Source: Dehalococcoidia bacterium
GTDB taxonomy: Bacteria; Chloroflexota; Dehalococcoidia; Bin125
Length of the DNA stretch: 64,000 nt
Direction of reading: 5' to 3'
Assembly: GCA_963663235.2 (NCBI GenBank)
Contig: CAXXNO010000012.1
Location: 384,001-448,000, forward strand
The notes beneath the pieces are model-generated. The model saw nothing but the letters and a program-made list of their open reading frames with translations, was not told the DNA's origin and made no database searches. The position numbers and the translations under genes were made by a program. Numbering within the stretch: position 1 is the first letter of the stretch; every line of letters begins with the position of its first letter. This document shows, in pieces, positions 31,871 to 41,679 of the stretch.

Positions 31871-33245
31871 GCGCGCGCTGCTTGTCTTCGCGCTGGCAGG
31901 GTTGCTCGGATCGCTCGCCGTGGCCGCGCTTCTATCCCCGGAGACGCACGGGCAGTCGCCCGCTTGCCCCTTCGGCGGCGGCCCGTCGTTCGACATCCAT
32001 ACGTACGAGGCGGCGCGTGACCGGCAAGTCTACCTCCTGACGCAGCGCCTCTCCGCGGCGGACCAGCTCTTTCCCGGCCTCCCAACCTTCGCCTTGCCTC
32101 AGATCCTGACGGGCCAGGCGGACAACCGCACGCCACTACAGAACGGGACGATCCCGGCGGAGATCTTGCACGCGATCGGCTGGATCGAGAGCAACATGAT
32201 CCAGGCAGCCCGCCACGTGCCCTTCGAAAGCATCGGTGAGGCGCTGATCTCGCCCGACTGCGGTTACGGCATCATGCAAGTGACCTCGTACTTCAACCAC
32301 GACGGTGGCGTCCCCTCTCGCGATGAGGGGCTGGTCGGCGCGCACTATGCGAACAACATCGCGGCCGGCGCGCAGATCCTGGTCGAGAAGTGGAACTCGG
32401 ACTTCTTCCCGGTTGTCGGGCAGGGCAATCCCAACGTGATCGAATCCTGGTACTACGCCCTCTGGGGCTACAACGGTTGGTCGTTCCGGAACCACCCCGT
32501 CGGTGCAGAAGTGGACCCGTTCCGCGCTTTGCCGTTTTCCTGCGATGGGCCGCGCAACGGCTACGCCTACCAGGAATTGGTGCTGGGATGCATGCAGAAC
32601 CCGCCCGGCGTTGACGATCTGCGTCTCTGGAACGCCCGTCCGGTCCAACTTCCGAATCTCGCCGCCCTGGCCGTGCCGGGTGGGCCGCTGGATCCGGACG
32701 TCTACTTCGCGGGGTGGGATACGGTGTTCAGCGCGCCGTTCACCGGCGCCGATGCGAGTACCCCGTTCCGGGCCATGGCGATGCCCCTTCCCCCGGGCGC
32801 CACGCCGATCCCGCCCAACTCAATGAGCGTCCCGAGCGCCGCGACGGCCCGAGAACAAGTGCTGGGCGCCCCGGTGCTCGCGCTCGAGACCCGCGAGGTG
32901 CGCATCAGTGTCACCGACGACCGCATCGAGTTGGGGGCGATCACCATCAGCAACAGCGGCCAGGGATTGTTGGTCTATCGCGTGGTCGCGGACGTGCCTT
33001 GGATTGAGATCGACATTGTTGTAGGCGTCGCGGCGGGCGCCGACGTGCCGTTGCGAGATGGATTGCGGCGTAGCGCTACCATTACCGTGCGACCCGATGC
33101 GGAAGGGCTGGTGGCCGGCATTTACCACGGCACAATCAGCATTGAAGCGCTGTTGCCGGACGGCGGCATCCGGATCGAGACAGTGAGCGTCGAGCTGGAC
33201 AAGGAGGGCGTCCCTAGCTACGAGGCCGGGACGCCCATCAGCTAG
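31857..33245 (+). CDS. Secreted lysozyme-like (SLT) domain protein with C-terminal BACON/Ig-like domain
   Basis: Signal peptide; ILHAIGWIES (catalytic Glu position), GYGIMQV, NIAAGAQIL..KW, ALWGYNG; ISNSG..L.Y...DVPWI C-terminal domain. Confidence 0.7.
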   Translation: MAGTRRALLVFALAGLLGSLAVAALLSPETHGQSPACPFGGGPSFDIHTYEAARDRQVYLLTQRLSAADQLFPGLPTFALPQILTGQADNRTPLQNGTIPAEILHAIGWIESNMIQAARHVPFESIGEALISPDCGYGIMQVTSYFNHDGGVPSRDEGLVGAHYANNIAAGAQILVEKWNSDFFPVVGQGNPNVIESWYYALWGYNGWSFRNHPVGAEVDPFRALPFSCDGPRNGYAYQELVLGCMQNPPGVDDLRLWNARPVQLPNLAALAVPGGPLDPDVYFAGWDTVFSAPFTGADASTPFRAMAMPLPPGATPIPPNSMSVPSAATAREQVLGAPVLALETREVRISVTDDRIELGAITISNSGQGLLVYRVVADVPWIEIDIVVGVAAGADVPLRDGLRRSATITVRPDAEGLVAGIYHGTISIEALLPDGGIRIETVSVELDKEGVPSYEAGTPIS

Positions 33246-33270
33246 GCGCACTCCAGCGAGGAGTTCGGCG

Positions 33271-33759
33271 ATGATGGCAAACGGCGTCCGCGCGGTGCGG
33301 CGCAACCACGCCCTGGAGCACGCAACGGTGGCCGTCCTGCTGAGCCGGCGCGGTCCGGGGCTGCGGCTGATCGGGCGGGCGGCGCCGGACGGCTTCTACA
33401 TCTTCGGAGGCCTGGCCGCGGACGAACTAGCCGATGCGGCGGCAGAGGCGCTGGCGCGTTTGCAACGCGGCGAGTCGGACCTCGCGGTGTCCCCGCTCTG
33501 CGGAACCAACCTCGCCGTGGCGGGACTCCTGGCCGGGCTAGCCTCGCTGTTGGTGCTGGGATCCGGGGACCGCTGGGAGCGGCTGCCGAGCGTCCTCACC
33601 AGCGCCTTGATGGCGGTGGTCGCGGCCCAGCCGCTAGGGCGCTCCGTCCAACGCCACGTGACGACGTCTGCCGATCTCCGGACTACACGAATCACCGGGG
33701 TCCGAGAGGGGGGCAGCGGCAGACGCCGCTACCTGAAGATCGAAACCGCGTCGCGATAG
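33271..33759 (+). CDS. DUF6391-like protein
   Basis: RRNHALEHAT, GF.IFG, LAVSPLCGTN, Q.HVTT pattern recalled from Chloroflexota/Cyanobacteria proteins. Confidence 0.65.
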   Translation: MMANGVRAVRRNHALEHATVAVLLSRRGPGLRLIGRAAPDGFYIFGGLAADELADAAAEALARLQRGESDLAVSPLCGTNLAVAGLLAGLASLLVLGSGDRWERLPSVLTSALMAVVAAQPLGRSVQRHVTTSADLRTTRITGVREGGSGRRRYLKIETASR

Positions 33760-33796
33760 ACTGACGGCAGACTGGCGGTGCGCGGACGGTACGTCA

Positions 33797-33873
33797 GCCC
33801 CCGTAGCTCAACCGGACAGAGCAGCGGCTTTCTAATCCGCAGGTTGCAGGTTCGAGTCCTGCCGGGGGCGCCA
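33797..33873 (+). tRNA. tRNA-Arg (anticodon TCT)
   Basis: GCCCCCG/CGGGGGC acceptor stem, TAGCTCA D arm, TTTCTAA anticodon loop, GGTTCGAGTCC T arm, encoded CCA. Confidence 0.96.
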
Positions 33874-33932
33874 TTTTCCCCATCTGGTGGAGGGCGGCGC
33901 AGTGAAGCCGCCCAGGGCCCATTCGGGCGGCG

Positions 33933-33953
33933 TGACAGCCACGTTGACAGCCA
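33933..33953 (+). repeat. TGACAGCCA direct repeat (12-bp period), possible integrase arm-type site
   Basis: TGACAGCCA-CGT-TGACAGCCA about 60 nt downstream of the tRNA 3' end. Confidence 0.5.
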
Positions 33954-33993
33954 GGGGGGAGGGTCTGCGATCTTAGCAGGCGAGGTCACGCCG

Positions 33994-34188
33994 ATGCCTA
34001 ACGCCTTCTCCGTCTGGCTGCGCGCCCAGCGCCAACGCCTCGGGCTCTCGCAACGCGCGATGGCCCAGACGCTCGGCATCCACCGTCGCACCTACGTCCG
34101 CTGGGAGGTCGAACGCACCGAACACGAACGCCTCGTCACCCTCGCCGTCAAGCAACTCGTCCAGGAACGCACGGCACCCCCGTCCTGA
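33994..34188 (+). CDS. Small XRE-family helix-turn-helix protein
   Basis: LRAQRQRLGLSQRAMAQTLGIHRRTYVRWE; GAGG RBS. Confidence 0.75.
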   Translation: MPNAFSVWLRAQRQRLGLSQRAMAQTLGIHRRTYVRWEVERTEHERLVTLAVKQLVQERTAPPS

Positions 34189-34247
34189 GCCACGAGCAAG
34201 GACACCGCCACGGCCACGCCGCCGGAGCGAACGGAAGGAACGCAAGC

Positions 34248-35414
34248 ATGATCGACGTGCGACACATCGCGGCCGCGCCGGAAGACGTGGGAATCGACAG
34301 CGAGCGACTCGAGGCCGTTTTCACGCGCGCCAAGCGTGATGTCGACGAAGGGGTGCTGCCAAGCGCCCAGGTGGCTGTGGCCCGGCGAGGCAAACTGGCT
34401 GGCGTGCGGACGTTCGGCTCGGCGGTGCAGGGCGGCGTCGACCGGGCCGCCACCGACGCGACACTCTACTGCATCTACTCCGCGACGAAGGCTGTCATCG
34501 GCGTCGCGGTCTGGAAGCTCTTGGAGGACAAGCTGGTGCGCCTGGAGGAACGGGTGGCGGAGATCGTTCCTGAGTTCGGCACCAACGGGAAGGGCGATGT
34601 CACGGTGGAGCAGGTCATGCTGCACGGTGGCGGCTTTCCCACACCGCCGAATCCCGAGAGCAATTGGGGCGATCGCGCCGCGCTGCTGCAGGCCTTCGGT
34701 CGATGGGAGTTGAGCTGGGAGCCCGGCAGCAAGTTTGAATACCACCCTAGTTCCGCCCACTGGGTGCTGGCGGAGATCATTACCCGCCGTGCAGGCGTGG
34801 ACTACCGAGAGTTCGTCCGCGACCAGATCACGGGACCGATCGGTGTGCGGGAGCTGTTCGTGGGGATGCCGGCTGAGATGAACGACCGTGTGGCCGACGT
34901 CCGCCATATGGGGACTCCCGAACCACCGCCGAGTGGCTGGGGCGAAGTGACGCCGGAGTGGATCCTGACGTTCAACCAGCCCCACGTCCGCGAGATCGGG
35001 GTTCCCGGCGCCGGCGGCATCACCGGCGCCGCCGAGCTGGCGCTGTTCTACCAACCGCTGATCAACGGCGGGCAGACGGCAGATGGAACGCGCATCCTCC
35101 AACCGGAAACGATCGCGCTGGCCACCGCAATCCGCACGACGGACCGGTACCTTGACCCCGCAACAGGCGCACCAGCGAACCGCGCCCTAGCCGTGGTGGT
35201 GGCTGGCGACGACGGCCAGGCCAACCTCCGCGGCTTCGGCCGTTCGGCTTCTGGCCGGACGTTCGGTCATCCCGGCGCGGGAGGCCAGATCGGGTGGGGC
35301 GACCCGGAGAGCGGGATCTCCGTGGGGTACTGCACGAACGGCTTCGTCGATGAAGTGACGCTGGGCCGTCGGACGACGGCCATCTCCAGTCTGGCGGCCG
35401 GTTGCGGCATCTAG
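34248..35414 (+). CDS. Beta-lactamase-related serine hydrolase (family VIII esterase-like)
   Basis: SATK (SxxK), PGSKFEYH, FGHPGAGG, DPESG. Confidence 0.85.
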   Translation: MIDVRHIAAAPEDVGIDSERLEAVFTRAKRDVDEGVLPSAQVAVARRGKLAGVRTFGSAVQGGVDRAATDATLYCIYSATKAVIGVAVWKLLEDKLVRLEERVAEIVPEFGTNGKGDVTVEQVMLHGGGFPTPPNPESNWGDRAALLQAFGRWELSWEPGSKFEYHPSSAHWVLAEIITRRAGVDYREFVRDQITGPIGVRELFVGMPAEMNDRVADVRHMGTPEPPPSGWGEVTPEWILTFNQPHVREIGVPGAGGITGAAELALFYQPLINGGQTADGTRILQPETIALATAIRTTDRYLDPATGAPANRALAVVVAGDDGQANLRGFGRSASGRTFGHPGAGGQIGWGDPESGISVGYCTNGFVDEVTLGRRTTAISSLAAGCGI

Positions 35415-35476
35415 GACGTAGCGGGTAGCGGGATCAGCGACGGCGGCGATCAAGCACCGTCTCCGACCCTCGCGCC

Positions 35477-35960
35477 CTAATCGCTCTCGGGCAAGAACCC
35501 TGCCGGCCTGGGACACCGATACGGAACCTGCATCGTCATCGTTCCCTGATAGCCGGGCACGACGATGGTCCTCGTCAGTTCCAGCGAGCGTTGCGGGTGG
35601 GTCTCTCCATTCAACGCTGTCCAGTCTTTGGCCACGGCGCTCTCAAAGGCGCAGTGGTACAGCACCGGAACCAGCCCGATTCCGCTCTCCACTCCGACGT
35701 CCGTCATCGAAGCGACCGCCTCAGGGTCCGCCATCAGCAGGCGGAGATCCTCCACGAACCCACTCATGAACTCCGTTCCCTCGTCGTCGGGATTCGGGTC
35801 CGCCACATCGAAGTTGAAAAAGAGGTGGTCCTCCTCGACGAAGTCCTGGTCGGCCTTGGCCTGCGTGTCCGCGTCGGTCGCCGTGACAACGATGTGGACG
35901 TTGGGTAGCGCCGCAAGCACCTCCACGAAGGCGCCCGAATAGCACGACGCCATGAGCACC
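35477..35960 (-). pseudogene. C-terminal remnant of a caspase/legumain (C13/C14-clan) peptidase-like gene
   Basis: VLMASCYSGAF catalytic-Cys strand and the following IVVTAT strand are present, but there is no upstream His-Gly domain and no plausible start. Confidence 0.45.
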
Positions 35961-36058
35961 GCGCCCTCTGGGGACAGTCGAGCGCGGGTTGTGACGGTAC
36001 CTGCCAAATGCTAGCGTCGCCGCCACCGGCACCGCGATTCCGAGAAGGAAGTGCGCCC

Positions 36059-36556
36059 ATGCCGACCCTCGAGGAGCGCATCCAGCGACTCGATGACATT
36101 GAGGCGATCCGGCGTCTGAAGCTGGAATACGCCCGCCACATGTCCACTCCGCACCCCACAGACGGCCCATTCCCGTCCGAGGAGTTCCTGAACCTCTTCA
36201 CGGACGACATCATCTGGGACGCGGAGAACATTGGGCGGCACGAAGGCAAAGTGGCGCTGAGGGAGTTCCTCACCAAGCTAGGCGGCTGGGTGGAGCTGGC
36301 CGTGCAGTACATGACCAACCACGCGATCGACATCGCCCCCAGCGGTACAGAAGCGACGGGCCGCTGGCTCATCTGGGAACCGTCGATCAACGTGGGGCGG
36401 GCGCTGTTCAACGCCGCAACCTACAAAGATGAGTACAAGAAAGTCGACGGGCGCTGGCGGTTCCATCGCATTAATGTGCGCCTCCACTTCATGACGCCGT
36501 ACGAATCCGGATGGGTCAAGGAGCCGTGGCGCGCGGAGAGCGAATTCGACGCCTAG
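36059..36556 (+). CDS. SnoaL/NTF2-like protein (LinA/BaiE-like)
   Basis: LEERIQRLDDIEAIRRLK..Y, LFTDD, YKDEYKKVDGRWRF. Confidence 0.85.
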   Translation: MPTLEERIQRLDDIEAIRRLKLEYARHMSTPHPTDGPFPSEEFLNLFTDDIIWDAENIGRHEGKVALREFLTKLGGWVELAVQYMTNHAIDIAPSGTEATGRWLIWEPSINVGRALFNAATYKDEYKKVDGRWRFHRINVRLHFMTPYESGWVKEPWRAESEFDA

Positions 36557-36636
36557 CCGTGCTGGTTGACGGCGCCACTCGCTAAAATCGGCCCATCGTA
36601 TCGTCGAGGGGCCAGCCTGGGAGGAGTTCCAACGCG

Positions 36637-38448
36637 ATGGCGCCCACGCAAGATCGCGACGCGACGACGGTCGATCCCATCACTATCGAGGTTCTGCGCA
36701 GCGCGTTCATCGCGATCTGCAACGAGATGGCCATCACCGTGGCCAAGACGGCCTATTCCACACCGGTCAACGAAGGGCACGATTTCGCCACCGGCCTGTA
36801 TGACCGTCACGGGATGCTGATCGCCCAAGGAGAATTCGACTTGCCGGCGTTCGTGGGGCTCACGCATCTCACCGTCCCGGAGATCATCCGCGCGATCGGG
36901 TTGGAGAACATGGCGCCCGGCGACGTTTACATGATCAACGACCCCTACGTCGCCACGACCCACTGCAATGACATCCACTTCGTGCGGCCGATCTTCTCCG
37001 GCGACCAGCGGGTGGGGTTCGCCACCTCCACCGCGCACTGGTCGGACGTGGGCGGCGTGGCGCCCGGATCGCTGAACACCGCGGCCCGCTCCGCCTACGA
37101 GGAGGGGATCCGCATCCCGGGGATCACGCTCTACAAGCGCGGAGTCATCAACCAGGACGTCGTTTCGCTGCTGCTTGTCAACATGCGGCAGTCTTGGGAA
37201 CGTCTGGGTGACCTCAACGCGCAGGTCGCCGCGATCAAGTTGGGCGACCAGCGGCTGCAGGCGCTCATCGACAAGCACGGAATGGATGCCGTGCTGACGA
37301 CCATGGAGGAGATCCAGAACCATTCCGAGCGGATCGCGCGCGCCGCCTTCGCCAGCCTGCCCGACGGGAGCTACAGGGCGGAGGACCGCGTCGATCAAGA
37401 TATGTACACCGGCGAGGTGAAGACGATTCGCCTCAATCTCACGATCAAAGGCGATCACGCGATCTTCGACCTCACTGAGAGCGACGGCCCCGCCGAATCC
37501 GCCATCAACGCGACCATCGCCGGCGTCACGTCGGGAATCTTCATCGCCATGGCCTCCATCCTGCCCCCGATGCCGATGAACGCCGGCGTCATGCGCGCCA
37601 TCGAGATCAAGGCGCGGCGCGGCTCCATCGTCTGGGCGCAGCCGCCGATGCCGGTCTCCGTGATGACCATCACGAGCATGGATTGCGTCATAGGGTCCGC
37701 GACCCTGGCCCTGGGACAAGCGCTGCCCGAGCGCGCAGTAGGAGTAGCCGCCAGCATCCTCAACTCAACCTACGCCGGCGACGACCTGCGGCCGGCGTTC
37801 ACCGCGCCGTTCATCAACTACACGTGGGCGTTCGGTGGCATGGGTGGCGCAAAGGACCACGATGGGCCCAACGCCATAGCGCCGCCGTTTGGTGCGAGCG
37901 GCAGCACAATCCCTGCCGAGCTGCAGGAGCGCCGGTACCCGGTCCTGTACCGCCGCTGCAATCTGCTCGCCGACTCAGGCGGGCCCGGAAAATCGCGGGG
38001 CGGCCTTGCCTTGAACACCATCATGGAGTTCCCGTTCTCCGACGTTGCGGCGGGCGGTCTCTCCACACTGGGGAACCGAGAGCGCTTCGGCCCCGCCGGG
38101 GCTTTCGGCGGCAGTCCCGGCAACCCGGCCCGTCTGGCGCTCAACGACGGGACCGAAAACGAGCAACATCTCGGCACAACCTCAACCAATGTCCCCGTCC
38201 AGCGAGGCGACCTGCTCACCTTCAGGACAAACGGGGGAGGCGGCTACGGTGAACCGTTGGAGCGATCGCCGGAGCGTGTGCTGGAGGACATCAAGGACGA
38301 CTACGAAACGCCCGCCGGGGCGCGCGAGCAGTACGGCGTGGTGATCCGGACGATCGACAGGCGCACGCTACAGTACGAGGTCGACGAACGGGAAACGACG
38401 GAACTCCGGCAATCGATGCGGGCGAGCAAGACGCAGCGCCCGGCGTAG
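36637..38448 (+). CDS. Hydantoinase B/oxoprolinase family subunit
   Basis: DPITIEVL, NDPY..TH.ND, AHWSDVGG..PGS, EEG.RIP, GGGGYG.P. Confidence 0.9.
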   Translation: MAPTQDRDATTVDPITIEVLRSAFIAICNEMAITVAKTAYSTPVNEGHDFATGLYDRHGMLIAQGEFDLPAFVGLTHLTVPEIIRAIGLENMAPGDVYMINDPYVATTHCNDIHFVRPIFSGDQRVGFATSTAHWSDVGGVAPGSLNTAARSAYEEGIRIPGITLYKRGVINQDVVSLLLVNMRQSWERLGDLNAQVAAIKLGDQRLQALIDKHGMDAVLTTMEEIQNHSERIARAAFASLPDGSYRAEDRVDQDMYTGEVKTIRLNLTIKGDHAIFDLTESDGPAESAINATIAGVTSGIFIAMASILPPMPMNAGVMRAIEIKARRGSIVWAQPPMPVSVMTITSMDCVIGSATLALGQALPERAVGVAASILNSTYAGDDLRPAFTAPFINYTWAFGGMGGAKDHDGPNAIAPPFGASGSTIPAELQERRYPVLYRRCNLLADSGGPGKSRGGLALNTIMEFPFSDVAAGGLSTLGNRERFGPAGAFGGSPGNPARLALNDGTENEQHLGTTSTNVPVQRGDLLTFRTNGGGGYGEPLERSPERVLEDIKDDYETPAGAREQYGVVIRTIDRRTLQYEVDERETTELRQSMRASKTQRPA

Positions 38449-38465
38449 AAGGGGGAGCAACGGCA

Positions 38466-40259
38466 ATGGCAGCGAAACAGCCGCCGGCGGCGACGACGAC
38501 ACTCGATCCCATCACGTTCGAGGTGCTGCGCAGCGCCTTCGCAGCCATCTGCAACGAGATGGCCTTGGTGGTAGCGAAGACCGCCTACTCCACTCCCGTC
38601 AACGAGGGCCACGACATGGCTACGGGGCTCTACGACCGCAACGGGAAACTGTTCACCCACGGCGAAGCGGACATGCCGGTGTTTGTCGGGCTGGGACTGC
38701 TGACGGTCCCCGAGGTGATCCGCGCTATCGGCCTGGAGAACATGGAGCCCGAGGACATCTACATCATCAACGACCCATACGTCGCCAGCACGCACAACAA
38801 TGACATACATATCATGAAGCCGATCTTCCACGAGGGGCATTTGGTGGCGTTCGCCTCCTCCACGGCGCACTGGTCCGATGTCGGCGGCACCGCCCCCGGC
38901 TCACTCAACCCGCGGGCGCGCTCGCACTTCGAAGAGGGGGTGCGCATCCCGGCGCTCAAGCTCTTCAAGCGGGGCGTGCTGGACAGAGACATTGTGGCCA
39001 TTCTGCTCGCCAACATGCGGCAGTCCTGGGAGCGTCTGGGTGATCTGCACGCGCAGGCCGCGGCGATCAAAGCCGGCGACAAGCGGATCCAGGGACTCAT
39101 CGCCAAGTACGGGCTGGATGCCGTCCTTGCGGCCATGGACGAGATCCAGAACTACTCGGAGCGCCTCGCGCGCGCGTCCTTTGCACGGCTCCCCGATGGG
39201 ACGTACGAGGTGGAAGAGAAGGTCGACCAGGATGTGTGGACAGGCGAGCCTGTCACCGTTCGACTTAAACTGACGATCGACGGGGACCACGCCGTCTTCG
39301 ACCTCACCGACAGCGACGGTGCGACCGAATCCGCGATCAACTGCACCATCGCCGGCACGACCTCCGGCGTCTACATCGGCATCGGCTCCATCCTGCCCCC
39401 GATGCCGATGAACGCCGGCGTCATGCGCGCGATCGAGATCAAGGCCAAGCGGGGCTCCGTGGTATGGGCGCAGCCGCCCGTCGGGGTGTCGTGCATGGCC
39501 ATCACCACGCTGGATATGGTGCTCGGCACGGGGATGCTGGCCTTGGGACAGGCGCTGCCCGAGCGTGCCGTCGGGCTGGCGAGCGCCATCCTGAACACCT
39601 GCTACGCCGGTCACGACAGCCGCCCGGAGTTCGACGCACCCTTCATCAACTACACCTGGGGCTTCGGCGGCATGGGAGGCGCGAAGACACACGACGGCTC
39701 GAACTACGTCTCGGCCCCGTATTCGGCGGTGGCCACGAATATCCCCTGTGAGTTGCAGGAGCGGCGGTATCCCGTTCTCTACCGGAGGGCGAACTACACC
39801 CAGGACTCCGGCGGGATCGGGGTCTGGCGCGGCGGGGTCGGTATGAACATCCAGATGGAGTTCCCCTACGGGGGCGGGACGCTGTCCAACATCGGCAACC
39901 GGGAGCGCTTCGGTCCCACCGGCATCTTCGGCGGCAGCCCCGGCGGCCGCGCGCGCCTAATCTTGGGCGAGGGGACCGAGAACGAGCAGGTTCTGGGGAC
40001 GTTCGCCGTCAACCATCCCGTCAACAAAGGCGATCGTCTGACGTTCGTCACCAATGGCGGGGGCGGGTACGGCAATCCAATGCAGCGGCCCGCGGCGCGG
40101 GTGCTGGAAGACGTCAAGGACGAGTACGTCTCCATCGCCCGAGCGCGGGAGGACTACGGCGTGGCGATCCGGGAGATCGACCGGCGCACCCTCCAGTACG
40201 AGGTGGATGAAGAAGCCACCGCGAAACTGCGCGCCTCAGCGGGGACCACTCAGCGCTAA
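38466..40259 (+). CDS. Hydantoinase B/oxoprolinase family subunit (paralog)
   Basis: Same motifs as the upstream copy, with long near-identical stretches. Confidence 0.9.
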   Translation: MAAKQPPAATTTLDPITFEVLRSAFAAICNEMALVVAKTAYSTPVNEGHDMATGLYDRNGKLFTHGEADMPVFVGLGLLTVPEVIRAIGLENMEPEDIYIINDPYVASTHNNDIHIMKPIFHEGHLVAFASSTAHWSDVGGTAPGSLNPRARSHFEEGVRIPALKLFKRGVLDRDIVAILLANMRQSWERLGDLHAQAAAIKAGDKRIQGLIAKYGLDAVLAAMDEIQNYSERLARASFARLPDGTYEVEEKVDQDVWTGEPVTVRLKLTIDGDHAVFDLTDSDGATESAINCTIAGTTSGVYIGIGSILPPMPMNAGVMRAIEIKAKRGSVVWAQPPVGVSCMAITTLDMVLGTGMLALGQALPERAVGLASAILNTCYAGHDSRPEFDAPFINYTWGFGGMGGAKTHDGSNYVSAPYSAVATNIPCELQERRYPVLYRRANYTQDSGGIGVWRGGVGMNIQMEFPYGGGTLSNIGNRERFGPTGIFGGSPGGRARLILGEGTENEQVLGTFAVNHPVNKGDRLTFVTNGGGGYGNPMQRPAARVLEDVKDEYVSIARAREDYGVAIREIDRRTLQYEVDEEATAKLRASAGTTQR

Positions 40260-40283
40260 AAGACGCCGTCCGTCTCAGGCGGG

Positions 40284-41277
40284 TCACCCGATCAGTTGCA
40301 CCGCGTCCAGGAACGCCTTCTTCGTCTCGCGCTCGGTCATCGGCATGGGGTAGATGATCGGGTGCTCCAGCCCGCCGGCCCGGTACTCCTCGATGCGAGC
40401 GCGGCACTCGTCCACGTCCCCGATGATCGCCACGGAGTCCGCCAGTTCGTCGGAGAGGAGCCGGGCAGCGCCTTCACGGTTGCCGTCTTGCCAAGCCCGA
40501 GCCGCCAGGCTCGCCTCCTCGAAGCCGGACTCCAGCATCAAGTGCTCGTAGCGGGTGAACGAGCCCACGTACCAGGCCATGTGCTCTTTCACCATCTTCC
40601 GGCCGGCCTCTTTATCCTTCGTCACCACGGTCAGCAGGTAGCTGCCGATCTCCACCTCCGAGGGGTCGCGGCCGGCGTCGATCGCGCCCTGCCGAATCCA
40701 CTGCGCCAGTTGCGCCGAGCGTTCGGCGGTGAGCTGCGTCGCCACAGCGCCGTCTGCGATGGCGCCGGTGCGCGCCGCGCTCTTCGGGAACATGGGCGGG
40801 AACCAGATCGGGATGCGGTTACGATAGAACTTGACCCAGGGCTTGTAGTCGAGCGAGTAGATGCGGCCGCGATAGGACACCTCCCCATCGCGGATCAGCG
40901 CCCGGATGATCTCCGTGTGCTCCACCATGCGCTGGGTGGCGTCCTTGAATTCCAGCCCGTTCTCCTTCTCCACGATTGAGCGGTGCCCTTGGCCGATGCC
41001 GAGGATCAGCCGTCCCTGAGGAGATCGTGTCCAGCGACGCGGCGGCCATCGCCAGGGTGGTGGGGGCGCGGTTGAAGACCACGACCACGCCCGTGCCCAA
41101 CCGGATCCGCTCCGTCACCACGGCGCAGGCTGCCAGCACGGCGAAGGGATCGCCGGACTTGTAGTCGGACATCCAGAGGGAATCGAAGCCGGCCTCATCG
41201 GCGATACGCGCGCACTCCTGGGTCTCCTCGATCTGGAGCGAGTCAGTGTCGGGGAACTTGATGCCGAGGCGGGCCAT
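40284..41277 (-). pseudogene. LLM-class (flavin/F420-dependent) oxidoreductase split by a 1-nt insertion
   Basis: The N-terminal ORF (ADEAGFDSLW...TERIRLGTGV...SLDTISS) continues in another frame as GRLILGIGQG...; the shift is near 41013-41019. Confidence 0.8.
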
Positions 41278-41464
41278 CGCTCACCACCGTCCTCTCGTCG
41301 GGGCGTGGGGTATCGCCGCGTAGGGTACGGCCTGCAGCGCTGCGATGACATCCCCAAGGAGCACAAAATGGACGCGCACGTTGACAGCGCCGGAATCCGG
41401 CGGCTAGCCTCCTGCCGACTTCCCGGCAGCCCTCGTTGACAGCACACCGAAGTGGAGCGACGCC

Positions 41465-41677
41465 ATGGAATCACGGGAGATCATCAAGGCCAAGCTGGCC
41501 GAATGGGGCATCGTCCCCAGCGAGGATGACCTGCAGGAGTTAGAGCCCGCGTATGAGGCCCTGATTCGCTGGCAGAGCGTCCTGGAGGACATGCTGCGGA
41601 TCAAGTCGCTCGGCAATGACATGGAGATGCCGCTGAGCGAACCCGCGCTGATCCACGACATCGAAAGGTACCGTTAG
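41465..41677 (+). CDS. Small acidic protein, putative amidase accessory subunit (GatC/AtzG-like)
   Basis: 70 aa, GGAG RBS, helical with a C-terminal EPA motif, ends 2 nt before the amidase start. Confidence 0.6.
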   Translation: MESREIIKAKLAEWGIVPSEDDLQELEPAYEALIRWQSVLEDMLRIKSLGNDMEMPLSEPALIHDIERYR

Positions 41678-41679
41678 CC

